DNA of 64,000 nucleotides from Eledone cirrhosa (taxonomy: Eukaryota). Shown here in pieces: positions 1 through 11,949 of this stretch. Position numbers and translations under genes: made by a program. Numbering within the stretch: position 1 is the first letter of the stretch; each line of letters opens with the position of its first letter. The stretch spans positions 76,446,001-76,510,000 of the forward strand of contig OZ024747.1 in assembly GCA_964016885.1 (NCBI GenBank), written 5' to 3'. The notes beneath the pieces are model-generated. The model was given only the letters and a program-made list of their open reading frames with translations, did no database searches and was not told the DNA's origin.

Positions 1-835
1 GATAAATGCAAGAACAATAATTACTATTATTATTGCCAAAGGTTAACTTTTAAATACTGTGAAAGATAAAGGATTTTCTGTAGCATGAAAATGGTGTATG
101 CTTTCTGAAGTCTACACATACACATTAGTACGTATATAGTGTTCAATCTACACTAAGCACAGAATTTTCAAATGTATTCATGAAATTGATTCTGAAAAAT
201 ATCTGAAATAAAATCACAGATTTAATAAAAGGAAGGAACGTTGGATAATGTTGATGTCGGCGTTATATCTTAAAATATGTGATGACCATTGCGATATTGC
301 ATTTTTCATGATTGGTCGATAAGATCAGGACTGATTTGGGAGGATAAACACAACCGGTGCTACATATGAAGGGCTATCTGGATGTGTAAGGAATGGAGCC
401 TCTTGAGCTACCTCTCTCAGTCCAGAAAAGCCCTAAGAAATATATACAGACGGTTAGTTACAGCATACTGTGTTTTTACTCTCAAACTCCTTGCTAAGAC
501 GTACATATCTATGAAAATAACATAGGAACAGTAAATATCGTTAACTGAGACCATCTTCCTTACCAGAATGTACTGACGTAAAGACGAAGCAATAAGTTTG
601 CTTCTATGATGGAGTCACTATGCTTGCTACATTCGGTGGCTAAATCCCTTACATGTGTTTTCCTGTTATCTAAAACATTTTCGGCATATCACATAAATTA
701 ATGGTTTCTGATTTAGACACTAGTCCAACAATTTTTGGGGAGGGTAAAGTTGATTAAATCAATATAAATGGATGTACAGAAACAAAACGGCCGTGGTGTG
801 TCGTTCAGAGACAAACAATCCTGATAATGATAATA

Positions 836-999
836 ATATTGTTTCTACTTTAGGCACAAAGTACTGGTGCTTTATTTTAACGAACCCGTAAGGTTGAACG
901 CAAAGTTAACCTGGCGGGATTTGAACCCAGAACGTAAAGAGCCATAACTCCTATGCTGCAAAGCATGGTGTCCGACCCTCTACCGATACTGCCAATCCA
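836..999 (-). mobile_element. tRNA-derived SINE family A (Meta-core-like), internally deleted
   Basis: Reverse complement of the ~190-bp SINE at 48408/51815 (A box TGGCAGTATCGG, B box G(G/A)GTTCAAATCC, tail ...GTAGAAACAAT); lacks the GCCAGCAATTACCCAG segment. Confidence 0.85.
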
Positions 1000-1442
1000 A
1001 TAATAATGCAAGTAATTATTTAAGTGGTGGTGGTGAGAGCGTTGATGTTGATTACTTCTTTTACGATTACAGTCTTTCCCGTTACATTAATAAGAAGGTA
1101 GGAATGTGCCATAATTGTAAGGAATTATTCACAAACAGTACAGTATTAGATGCGAAGAAAAAAAAACGTTAATGATGCTTTGATGAAATCTTAGATAAAA
1201 TATCAATGTAATTTCTACCAAGAATCCAACACGTATATTTTGGATGAAAAAAGAATGATTAAGCATGAGATTGGAAGAAACGGATTGCATCATACTAATT
1301 GCGTATTTAATTATCTTTTAAGCCTTCATAGAATTATGTTGAGACACCTGTCGAAGATGAAATGGGAAATAAATCAAAGTCACACCGTTGAGTGAAGATA
1401 GATTTAAACCATCAATATAATTGCATCAACATGCATAAGAAT

Positions 1443-1640
1443 GGTGGTGCCTGGCCTAGTGGTAAGGGTGTTGGACACTTACGATCATAATGTCGTGGGT
1501 TCGATTCCTGCGCTGCATTGTGTGTTGTGTTCTTAAGCAAAACACACGCACTGAGATTAATGCTACACGTGTATGTGTACGTTAACTTCATGAGCAGACT
1601 GTTCTGTTGTTAAAATAACTGCTGCACTCAGGCCTGGAGA
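1443..1640 (+). mobile_element. tRNA-derived SINE family B, degenerate
   Basis: TGGCCTAGTGGT A box and GGTTCGATTCC B box, followed by TTGTGTTCTTAAGCAAAACAC, similar to CCTTGAGCAAGACAC at ~52655. The 3' limit is approximate. Confidence 0.65.
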
Positions 1641-1870
1641 GGGATGGGTTCCGCTAGGATATACAGAGAGACAAAGAGAAACAGACAGAGAAAGAGGTAA
1701 AATCCCGGCCGCCGCGGTGCCAATCGGTTTCGGCTCGCGTCTTCAGCAAGCCTTATGAAAACCCAAGCCGAAAACGCCTGAGGCCACGTTCGGTATTTTA
1801 CATATCTCTATACTCACTCATGCATTCAGTACTCCCATGATTAGTGGTGTCCCCGGTTTCAGCACCGCAG

Positions 1871-1892
1871 ACTCTCTCTTTCTCTCTCTCTC

Positions 1893-1930
<38 letters not shown>

Positions 1931-2054
1931 AATATATATATATGTATATATATGTGTGTGTATGTATGTGTGTATATGTGTGTGTGTATATATATATGTG
2001 TATGTGTGTATATGTGTGTGTGTGTGTGTGTATGTATGTATATATGTGTATGTA

Positions 2055-2122
<68 letters not shown>
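1871..2122. repeat. compound microsatellite (CT)n/(TG)n/(TA)n
   Basis: Directly visible dinucleotide runs. Confidence 0.95.
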
Positions 2123-2124
<2 letters not shown>

Positions 2125-2535
2125 TTACGTATGTATGAATATCTTTGTACCTGACAGTATGTACACTCATTGTTTCTTTATACATAACTAAACATAAAGA
2201 AACAGACAACCAATAATTTTGTGACCTTTTGGTAATTAAAATTTCTAAAGTTACTTACATGTCAAATATAGAGTGTAAAATAGGATACACTTGTCAAAAA
2301 TCTTTAATACAGATTTACAAGATGTGATAGACATATTGTTGTTAACTGTGAACCTTCGACCTTTTTAGCAATTAAGTCTTTCAAATGCTAATGTATCATA
2401 CATCACATATATCATATCGATTCCTGAACTGTCAAAATATAGACCTACAACATCAGCAACTACTACAACTACTACTGCTGTACTAGTACTAATACCTATA
2501 ATTTACACACACACACACCTATATATATATATATA

Positions 2536-2894
2536 CTAGCTGACGTACCCAGCTTCGCCCGGGTAAACAGATGATTAGAGAATACAGGTAAAAGAGAAAA
2601 TGACTGTATTGGATGTTTGTCTGGTTACAGTATGAGGCGAGTCCGTGGTGTCTGTGTGATACAAAAAACAGTAAAAAGAATCTTCCAGATATACCAGATT
2701 CTTCGTTGTACCGTTTATGCATAGTATATTAACAATTCTAGGTGCTCCCACCTAGAATAGTGACTTCTAGGAGATGGTTCATCTTCTGCCTGACTGTAAA
2801 ACGTGTATCATTGCATAGGCGTGGTTGTTCCACGTTTCTCAAAAGGATGATGGAAGTTCCAATCTTTTATATTATATGTAGATATAGATATAGA
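2536..2894 (-). mobile_element. non-autonomous Helitron with Pif1-helicase remnants
   Basis: On the minus strand it starts TCTATATC and ends with the GC hairpin CCCGGGCGAAGCTGGG plus CTAG, inserted between A and T. Internal minus-strand translations IILLRNVEQPRLCNDTRFTV and SRVGAPRIVNILCINGTTKNLVY match the Helitron helicase C-terminal motifs (LLRNLxPPxLCNGTRL; SRV...TKNxVY). Confidence 0.88.
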
Positions 2895-2904
2895 TAATTA
2901 ATAT

Positions 2905-3385
2905 AAAAGATGATGCTCAGCCAGTTTGTCTTCAACCATCGCAGCACGCCGTCGCTGCTTGGCTCCAATGTTTCGTTGGCGTTGTTCAGCCAGCTCCTCT
3001 TCATTCATGGCGCCACGTCTTCGCCTCTAAAGTTCGGCGGTCCGATGGCGCTGTTCGGCCCGTTTTTCTTCATTCCTGGCTGCACGCGGTCGCCGCTGTA
3101 GTTCACTGTTTGATAAATTCGAATTGCTTTTACTTTCTGTGGAACGCTGCACGCACGCACGCACACATAAACATACGCGCACGTACATACACACGCACAC
3201 ATGGTAATAGTTACAGAGTTCATTTTGCCTCTCTGTTTCTTACTGTCCCCTCTCACTCCCTCATTGGCATTATGCATATTAATTTAAGTTTGGCGTCGTT
3301 GGGGTGGGCGGAGTCGTTTGAAACCTATGAACCAATGATAATCGAGAATTATGACACACAGAATAATGACATTGTTGAAATTAAT
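2905..3385 (-). mobile_element. probable Helitron 5' fragment encoding 23-aa (STPR-like) repeats
   Basis: Minus-strand translation of 3110-2910 gives NSELQRRPRAARNEEKRAEQRHR / TAEL*RRRRGAMNEEELAEQRQR / NIGAKQRRRAAMVEDKLAEHH, a 23-residue Arg/Glu-rich periodicity. It lies next to the Helitron above. Confidence 0.5.
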
Positions 3386-3530
3386 ATATATATATATATG
3401 CAAAAGTTCTATTTAAAATTGTTGGGATACAACAAGTAAATATTTTTATAACTGATATGAAGCACTCGACAAATATTTGGAGTAGATATACGATATTAAT
3501 AAATGGAAACTATATTTATAAAACCATATT

Positions 3531-3595
3531 TATTTCATTATACATATTTCAGCGATACCAAATTTAATTATGGTATGCCTTCATCAGACAAAATA
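3531..3595 (-). ncRNA. type I hammerhead ribozyme motif (mirror copy)
   Basis: Reverse complement of the motif at 3744-3808. Confidence 0.7.
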
Positions 3596-3743
3596 CAATA
3601 TATAACAGTTTTACAAATAAGCTTTGACGTACCCTATTAAAATGCAACCATTGTTTTTGGAAGTCATCCGGATGACTTCCAAAAAAAATGGTTGCATTTT
3701 AATAGGGTACGTCAAAGCTTATTTGTAAAACTGTTATATATTG

Positions 3744-3808
3744 TATTTTGTCTGATGAAGGCATACCATAATTAAATTTGGTATCGCTGAAATATGTATA
3801 ATGAAATA
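3744..3808 (+). ncRNA. type I hammerhead ribozyme motif (Penelope-type)
   Basis: Stem I TATTTTGT/ATGAAATA, core CTGATGA, stem II AGGCATACCA/TGGTATCGCT, GAAA, near-palindromic stem III ATATGTAT, cleavage triplet ATA. Confidence 0.72.
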
Positions 3809-3847
3809 AATATGGTTTTATAAATATAGTTTCCATTTATTAATATC

Positions 3848-3898
<51 letters not shown>

Positions 3899-3995
3899 TA
3901 TTGAAGTTTCCGTTGAAAATTGAAAAAGTCATAGGAGTGAAGACTGCTCTATGTAAGTGCCAGAGCTAAATTTTATGTATAATAAACAATACAAT

Positions 3996-4070
3996 ATAAT
4001 TACCTCATTAAAAGAGGTTTCCCGAATAAGACGAATACGAAAAACGTCCTCATTCGTTCGTCGGATAAGG
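3996..4070 (-). ncRNA. hammerhead-like motif in inverted pLTR
   Basis: CCGACGA (U-to-C core variant), long stem II CGAATGAGGACG/CGTCTTATTCG, GAAA, CCTC/GAGG stem III, GTA; stem I is weak. Confidence 0.55.
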
Positions 4071-5158
4071 CAATAGTGAAATATTTGAAAAATCTCCTCA
4101 AGAAAGGCAAAAGTTTAACGGGCAAAAAAAGTATAAATAAAAGTAATGCAAGAGATATATAAAAAAAATAAGGAAATATAGTTAGGGTATGTGTATAATT
4201 GTGTGTATATTCACTCACAAATGTACATATGTGTGTATATACAAATGCATGTGTATAGTGAAAAAATATGTGCGTAAGTACATATATGAGGGCAAGCATA
4301 TCAGTGTATGTGTGACTACAAATACGTATATAATATATGTGAAAAAAGAATTGAAAGATAATAGAGTTAACGTACATCCAGATACAGGTATTAAGGAATG
4401 AAATATACACACATACAAGTATGAAAGCACGCGTATAAACACACAGACACACGCGCGATCACACACATGCGAGTGATATATAGAGGGAAAGGAGTCTATC
4501 AGCCAAAGTGGTGTCAGTCTGAGGCTCGATACATATAAAAATGAAACAATATAAGAGAATAAACATTTTTAAATCAAAGAGAAAGTAAGAGGGAGGGGTT
4601 ATCAATTATAAATTAACACTAGTAAAAAAGAAAACAAACATAGGTTCGTACGTACACGCATATATATATAAATATATATATATAAATACGTACATACAAA
4701 AGCACATACATGCGTACATACATACAGAGGCGCGCATACATACACACGAAGCACACATATATATATATATGCATATACACATACATATATACATGCATAT
4801 ACACATACATTCACCCATACACATACACACGTATATATAGGTATGTAAAAAACATAGATATAAAAACACACATACACACACATATATACACACACACGCC
4901 CACATACGGAGGCGTTCGTATACATATACAGAACGCATACACACACATGCACACTCACACGCATAGATACAAATTATAAACCAGCCGTATGAATAAATGA
5001 GTACAAATAAAAGCAGCTGCGAAGCAACAGAATATATCTGGAGTTGAAAACGCAAGTGACATACTTATCCTCCATAAACTCTTGTTCTTCACTTTCCTTA
5101 AATTATCATCTTTACAGACGTCTCTTTCTGATATATTTTTAACTTTATTTTTTTATTT

Positions 5159-5189
<31 letters not shown>

Positions 5190-5538
5190 TTTTACTTTTT
5201 GATTCAATTACCTAATATCTTCACAATTCCACATTTTACTTCCCCATTTTCTTTCACTACCTGTAATCTATGTCACTTGCGTTTTCAACACCAGATATAT
5301 TCTGTTGCTTAGCAGCCGCTTTTATATTTGTACTCATTTATTCATACGGCTGGTTTATAATTTGTATCTATGCCTGTGAGTGTGCATGTGTGTGTATGCG
5401 TTATGTATATGCATACTAACGCCTTCGTATGTGTGCGTGTGTGTGTATATATGTGTGTGTATGTGTGTTTTTATATCTATGTTTTTTACATACTTATATA
5501 TACGCGTGTGTTGTATGGGTGAATGTATGTGTATATGC

Positions 5539-5602
<64 letters not shown>

Positions 5603-6293
5603 TTCGTGTGTATGTATGCGCGCCTCTGTATGTATGTACGCATGTATGTGCTTTTGTATGTACGTATTTATATATATATATTTATATATATATATATGTG
5701 TGTACGTACGAACCTATGTTTGTTTTCTTTTTTTCTAGTGTTAATTTATAATTGATAACCCCTCCCTCTTACTTTCTCTTTGATTTAAAAATGTTTATTC
5801 TCTTATATTGTTTCATATTTATATGTATCGAGCCTCAGACTGACACCCTTTTGTCTGATAGACTCCTTTCCCTCTATATATCACTCGCATGTGTGTGATC
5901 GCGCGTGTGTCTGTGTGTTTATACGCGTGCTTTCATACTTATATGTGTGTATATTTCATTCCTTAATACCTGTATCTGGATGTACGTTAACTCTATTATC
6001 TTTCAATTCCTTTTTCACATATATTATATACGTATTTGTGGTCACACATACACTGATATGCTTGCTCTCATATATGTACTTATGCACATATTTTTTCACT
6101 ATACACATGCATTTGTATATACACACATATGTACATTTGTGAGTGAATATACACACATTTATACACATACCCTAACTATATTTCCTTATTTTTTTTATAT
6201 ATCTCTTGCATTACTTTTATTTATACTTTTTTTGCCCGTTAAACTTTTGCCTTTCTTGAGGAGATTTTTCAAATATTTCACTGTTTTAAATTG

Positions 6294-6368
6294 CCTTATC
6301 CGACGAACGAATGAGGACGTTTTTCGTATACGTCTTATTCGGGAAACCTCTGGTAATGAGGTAATTAT
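6294..6368 (+). ncRNA. hammerhead-like motif in direct pLTR
   Basis: CCGACGA A CGAATGAGGACGT...ACGTCTTATTCG G GAAA CCTC tggtaat GAGG TA; homologous to 12961-13040. Confidence 0.58.
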
Positions 6369-6516
6369 ATTGTATTGTTTATTATACATTATATATATAT
6401 ATATGTATATGTATGTATATATGGAGGAGGTTATAGTTCACTTGAAGCATTGTGTAATGAGGTATAAACTTTTGAATATGTATAATAAAGCCAAAACAAT
6501 GCAGGTTTGGACATAG

Positions 6517-6592
<76 letters not shown>

Positions 6593-6788
6593 GATAAATC
6601 TACCAAGAGTTTACGGTAGTGTCTAATCCGTATGAAGAACTCAATGTAATCAGGATATCATGGAAAGAAGAGATGCAATGAAAAATCACTTTCGGTGAAA
6701 GATAAACGGAATACAGAGTCAAGATAAAATATTAAAAAAATAATGAATAAAACAATGAAACAGTTCCTTATATTAAACAAAAAAAGTT

Positions 6789-6938
6789 CATTATTTAACG
6801 ATCGTTTCTGGGATATATATGTGTTAGAATTGGCATGTATATTTAACAGATCTATGTACAAAATTATACAAAATTATACAAACTATCAAAATTAAATACA
6901 CATACCAACTCATATATATGCCGTCTTCAGAAATAATG
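6789..6938 (-). ncRNA. type I hammerhead ribozyme with long stem II
   Basis: Perfect 8-bp stem I CATTATTT/AAATAATG, CTGAAGA, extended stem II (ATATATATG/CATATATAT, AGTTGGTATGTAT/ATACATGCCAATT), GAAA, palindromic stem III ACGATCGT, triplet GTT. Lies ~200 bp from the (TA)n at 6520-6588. Confidence 0.82.
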
Positions 6939-7871
6939 AAATATATTTATTGATAATAACAACAATTCAAAATTACAGGTCTGTTTGGGAACAGAGTTCA
7001 AATTGACCAATGGAAACACAAAAAGTTTATACAGTTAGTTGTGTGTATATATGTAAGTAACTTCGTTCACAGATATGCATAAAAATATATGTTCACATGC
7101 ATACGCATGCCGAAAAGATGTATGTAAATACAAAAATTCAGGGCTAATGTCTCTGTATGTCTATAATCTACAGATAAAATACATATACGCATATAAACAC
7201 ATAAATATAAAAATAAATATATACACATTCATATACTCACACATATACATACATTCACACACACACGCGCATATACGCATAAACATACACACAACCACGA
7301 ACATACATACACACACACACTCCCACACACATATATGTGTATATACTATTATCATAAGCATATGGACATTAATGCGCGCACATAAACACTGCCATATATA
7401 TATATAAACAATTACATAATAAACAACACAATATAGTTATTCCATTGCCAAAGATTTCAGGAAACTAGACGATCTTTACAGAAACGACCAGCTCGTTTAT
7501 CAGATGTAATAGTATATATATATATAATTATACATATTTGTGCAGGCTGTAGATATCAAATGAATCCACAAAGTTTCATATATACATGGAATCCTTCTCT
7601 ACACACACATGCACCAAAAACAGACACTTACACACTTATACCTACATATCTATATATAAATATGTATTAGAGTTTGTTTTTTATTTAGTATTGCATTACT
7701 TATAATTTCAAATGATAATTGTTTGAGTATTAACTACGTTGAAGCCATGTGTATAGCATTTGTTCTGTATCTGTTATGTTTTTCTTTGTGGTGATTCAAG
7801 TTTCGTTATACCTAAAACATTCATACATTAATTGAATAAACACTGAGTATATATATATGGGTGAGTGTGCT

Positions 7872-7977
<106 letters not shown>

Positions 7978-9694
7978 CGTGTGAATCTGTGCTCGTCTAT
8001 ATTCTTTTAGTCGTTCGTATTATATCTGTTTCTTTGCCAAAAGACACCCATTCTTTGTTGTGTCATCTTATTGCATGTACAATATCATTTAATGCACGAA
8101 ATTACGCACAGATATGTGGCTGTTGAGGCAGAGATGCAGTTGACTGTTGGTCTGCAACTGTGTTTCTGTGTGCATTTCTACTGATTCTGCTGATTCTAAA
8201 TACCAGAAGCATGATATATTTTGATTATTCTACTCATTCTTCTAGAACATAATATGAGACATGACAACAACATAATTTCAGTTTATTTTTCTTATTGTTA
8301 TAATTGTTACTACTTTTGATATTCCACTCACTTTTTTTTTCTTGTTTTTCGTCTACATAACTTACTTTTCTGTAAATATTTTATAATTCTTTTCTGTAGT
8401 TTCCGTGCATAAAGCACTTTGTTTGCAATGAATTCTTTAAGCTTTTAGAATATCCTATAGTTCTTTGTGTATATATGACAGTAGGAACTACAGTGAAATA
8501 ATACGTTGCTTTATTGCTATATCTGTCTGTGTTTTCTACTGTCAATTATTTGTTTATTTTTATATTTGTTTATTTTATAATTAAAATGTTATGTATTTAA
8601 TTTTTTTTTGTAATAAGGAAAATGACGCAATAAATTTTACACAAAATTCACAATAACTTATTACACCTTCAATGACCAAATTCTATCTGGACATCACCTT
8701 ATTATTTAATTAAATATTTGTGATTTTTTAAATAAAATCTGGCTAAACACAAAACAACAGCAACCAAAGGATGAAATTGAACCGAACAGTTGATTAATCA
8801 GAGCTGTACCCGTACTGTGTAATGGAATACTTTCATGAAACAACTGAAAACATATAACGATAATACAATTGATGTTTATGATGAAGAACATTGTTAATAA
8901 CCCTGGTAGAGATTCAGAATATACTCTCTACTGTATATCAACTGTGGATCGATGAAAGCAAACTGAACTCTGGCTTATTGAAGTGGAACTAAATATTCTA
9001 ACAGTAAAGAATACGCGAAAGGATGATGCTTTGTGTTTCTGATTATTGACAGCAGTATAAATACTAACGTTTAAAGATAAAAGAATAATTAAAGATGCCA
9101 GTTTTTTTTTAAATTATCATATTTATTATAGCGGTTGTATACAATTGATGATAAAAGAAAAAATATTTAGGCTTGATGTTATTTCAATTGACTGAATTAA
9201 ACATATATATCGATAAGACTATCTTTTTTACATATATAATAATGTTTCACTTAAGAGCTATTGTTAATGTTTGTATTATTTAGTACACAAATGTAAATTA
9301 GGTAAAAAAATTATTTAAATTATGGTGCGATTGAATATATGAAAATTTGATGTTGTATAAAATATCTCCAGAGAGATGATATAGTTGGAACATGAAAATA
9401 TATCATGTGGGATGGCATGTGAGAAAGAGATATAATGAAGGAGCATATGTGAGACTAGGTATATGAGTTATTGTCTCTTGCAAGGTATAGAAGTGGGCCA
9501 GTATGGGGAAAATATTTATTTCTTCTCAAGTAACTCCTCATGTTATTTTAAACCTCAACTAAATTTATTTTACACGAGGAACATTTTAATACCGAATACG
9601 TAAATCGCTTCTATTTGAAATGAAAATAAAATATTCAAATACCATCACAGCGTCATGACAGCATAAGTGTAAAACGAATAGTTATCTTCTAAGC

Positions 9695-10640
9695 CAAAGG
9701 TTCTCAACGGGGGGCATATGCACCCCCGGGGGGCGTTTCGGAACTCCAGGGGGCGTTTGGGAGCAAGGTCGCGTTAGGGGGGCGTTTGGAGCTGGGCGAG
9801 GGGGGTAGGAGGCGCTGGAAGGCTCTTTATTTTGGTAAGTTTTATAAGCCATATGTGTATGTCTTTGAGACAGCCAGTGTGAATGTATTTGAATGAGCTT
9901 GCAGACAGCATAACTATAGTCTGACCGCAGCTGTGAGCAGGTGTGCAGGCATGTCCGGTAATTGAGACGTTATCCGGTAATTGAGATCCTAAAAATGGAA
10001 AAACCCACAGTCAACTGGGTCAAAGACACTTTGAGCGCAGCCAGTTAGAATCTTATTTTTCCTTCACCGATAACAATGTATTTCATGTCTGAAATTATTG
10101 ACTCAACCACAACGAGTTAACACTATGTAGATCTATTTTATTCCCTATTGTATAAATAATATTACAAATAAAAAAAAAGAAAAGAAAAAACAGAAGCGAG
10201 TAGCACACACATCTAGGACCACATATAACACATAATCAGATAATACACACATCTAGGACCACATACAACACATAATCAGATAATATACACATCTAAGACC
10301 ACATACAACACATAATCAGATAATACACACATCTAGGACCACATACAACACATAATCAGATAATACACACATCTAGGACCACATACAACACATAATCAGA
10401 TAATACACACATCTAAGACCACATACAACACATAATCAGATAATACACACATCTAGGACCACATACAACACATAATCAGATAATACACACATCTTTGGAA
10501 TATTGTTAATCAATTTTTTAGTAATCTGCTGATATAAAAATCAGTAGTATATTGAAAAATGGAAAAATGGGGTGGGGGGGCATTTCGTGATTTCGAGGGA
10601 CAAAAGGGGGCGTTTGGCCTAAATGGGTTGAGAACCTGTG
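9695..10640. mobile_element. hAT (Charlie-like) non-autonomous element / MITE
   Basis: TIRs CAAAGGTTCTCAAC / GTTGAGAACCTGTG, perfect 8-bp TSD TTCTAAGC (9687-9694, 10641-10648), subterminal GGGGCGTTT repeats. Confidence 0.93.
10205..10494. repeat. 40-bp minisatellite (~7 copies) inside the hAT MITE
   Basis: Unit ACACACATCTAGGACCACATACAACACATAATCAGATAAT in tandem with no spacers. Confidence 0.96.
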
Positions 10641-10728
10641 TTCTAAGCGAATACATGATACCTGTGTGCTTTCATCTCCCTGGTAGGAAACACAAAACAA
10701 ACACAACACGAAATGGCTTGTAACAGTG

Positions 10729-10785
<57 letters not shown>

Positions 10786-11064
10786 CAAATATATTACATA
10801 GAGAGAAGTGTGTTACACAGTGAGATGTGTGTAAAGAATTATTAAATGTTAGTTTAACTGTTACTGTATGGAAAACAATACCAACAGGTTGGCAATTCAA
10901 ATCAAATCTCCGAAGTAGAGTTTTAAATTACCAACCTCATAACTATAAGCTTGCTGATACGAATCTATTTTGTTTCGCAACTGAAATGTGTAGTGTAAAA
11001 GTCCACAGGGCCCTCAGTCAGCAACCTAATGGAAAGAGAGAACGCAAATATACACGCTGCCCAG

Positions 11065-11909
11065 AAGAGTCCCTATCTTATATGGTTATAAACAGTTTCT
11101 AAAAATTTAAAGTGTCCTATCTATTAAAGGTGTTCATATTAGGGTGATTATCCTCCATTATAGAGTGCCACAATTGAATATTTCACACGAAGAGCCAGAT
11201 CCCCAAATCAATGATCATTGTAATTTTAGTCTACTCGTAGAACCTGGTAGGGTTATAATAGAATCACTTCTATATATAATAATTCCTGGTAAGCTCTGGG
11301 TCAGTGCATGTCAGATTGGATGTCAAAGTTAACTATCACTAGGGTAGACCAGAGGTCAATCCTCACTTACCATGTCACTAATCCGACTATCAATTCATAC
11401 ATATATGTACAACTCATACGCCACTTGCATTTCATTCACTGCACTCAGCAAATAGGTTATATAGCTCATCAATGTTACTAAATTAATTAGTCTTCCACTT
11501 ATCCAACGATGGCACTCCATCCACAGAACACCAACTGTACAATCAATTCAGTGTTTAAATTTTACATTAATTATATAGTGGTGTAATGCAGTTCAAGCAA
11601 TTGAAGGCAGTCACACCGAAAGTAAATGTACAAGAGGGTATTTCTACTGTAAAGGGTTCTAGAGAGATGTCACTATTTGTGTTATATTGGATCAATGACT
11701 GTGGGGATGTGGTATAAGGTGTGCCCTTGGGGTTTGATGCTAGAGGTGGTGCCTGGTTCAAGTCTGACATTGCTATATATTGGGTTTAAAGTTTTGAAAG
11801 GAATGTCGGAAGCGGTGCTGGCAAGACGCGAACACTCAGATTTTTTGTTAAGTAGGTTATGGTTTAAATTTTTAGAAACTGTTTATAACCATATAAGATA
11901 GGGACTCTT
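11065..11909. repeat. perfect 47-bp inverted repeat pair enclosing ~750 bp
   Basis: 11065-11111 AAGAGTCCCTATCTTATATGGTTATAAACAGTTTCTAAAAATTTAAA is the exact reverse complement of 11863-11909; no TSD visible. Confidence 0.9.
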
Positions 11910-11949
11910 TCGAGACAGCATTTAATGTACATTAGGATAATATTTAGTT

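Larger units (their letters stand above)
3486..3853. repeat. 368-bp spacerless palindrome
   Basis: Centre at 3669/3670 (GGAAGTCATCC|GGATGACTTCC). The arms are 184 bp with one visible mismatch, and the right end abuts (TA)n. Confidence 0.97.
3896..6389. mobile_element. 5'-truncated Penelope-like insertion with long inverted pseudo-LTR
   Basis: The plus copy 5061-6389 begins at the last codons of the Penelope ORF (ACT TAT CCT CCA TAA = TYPP*, as at ~14238-14224) and runs through the 3' UTR and hammerhead. 3975-5063 is an inverted copy of 5269-6389. 3893-3934 matches the leader of the full element at 16476-16517. Flanked by (TA)n. Confidence 0.88.

Noticed and set aside
10205-10494. CRISPR-like appearance of regular repeats (also 24296, 50077, 56241)
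   Set aside because: Head-to-tail tandem units without unique spacers, no cas genes, eukaryotic context.
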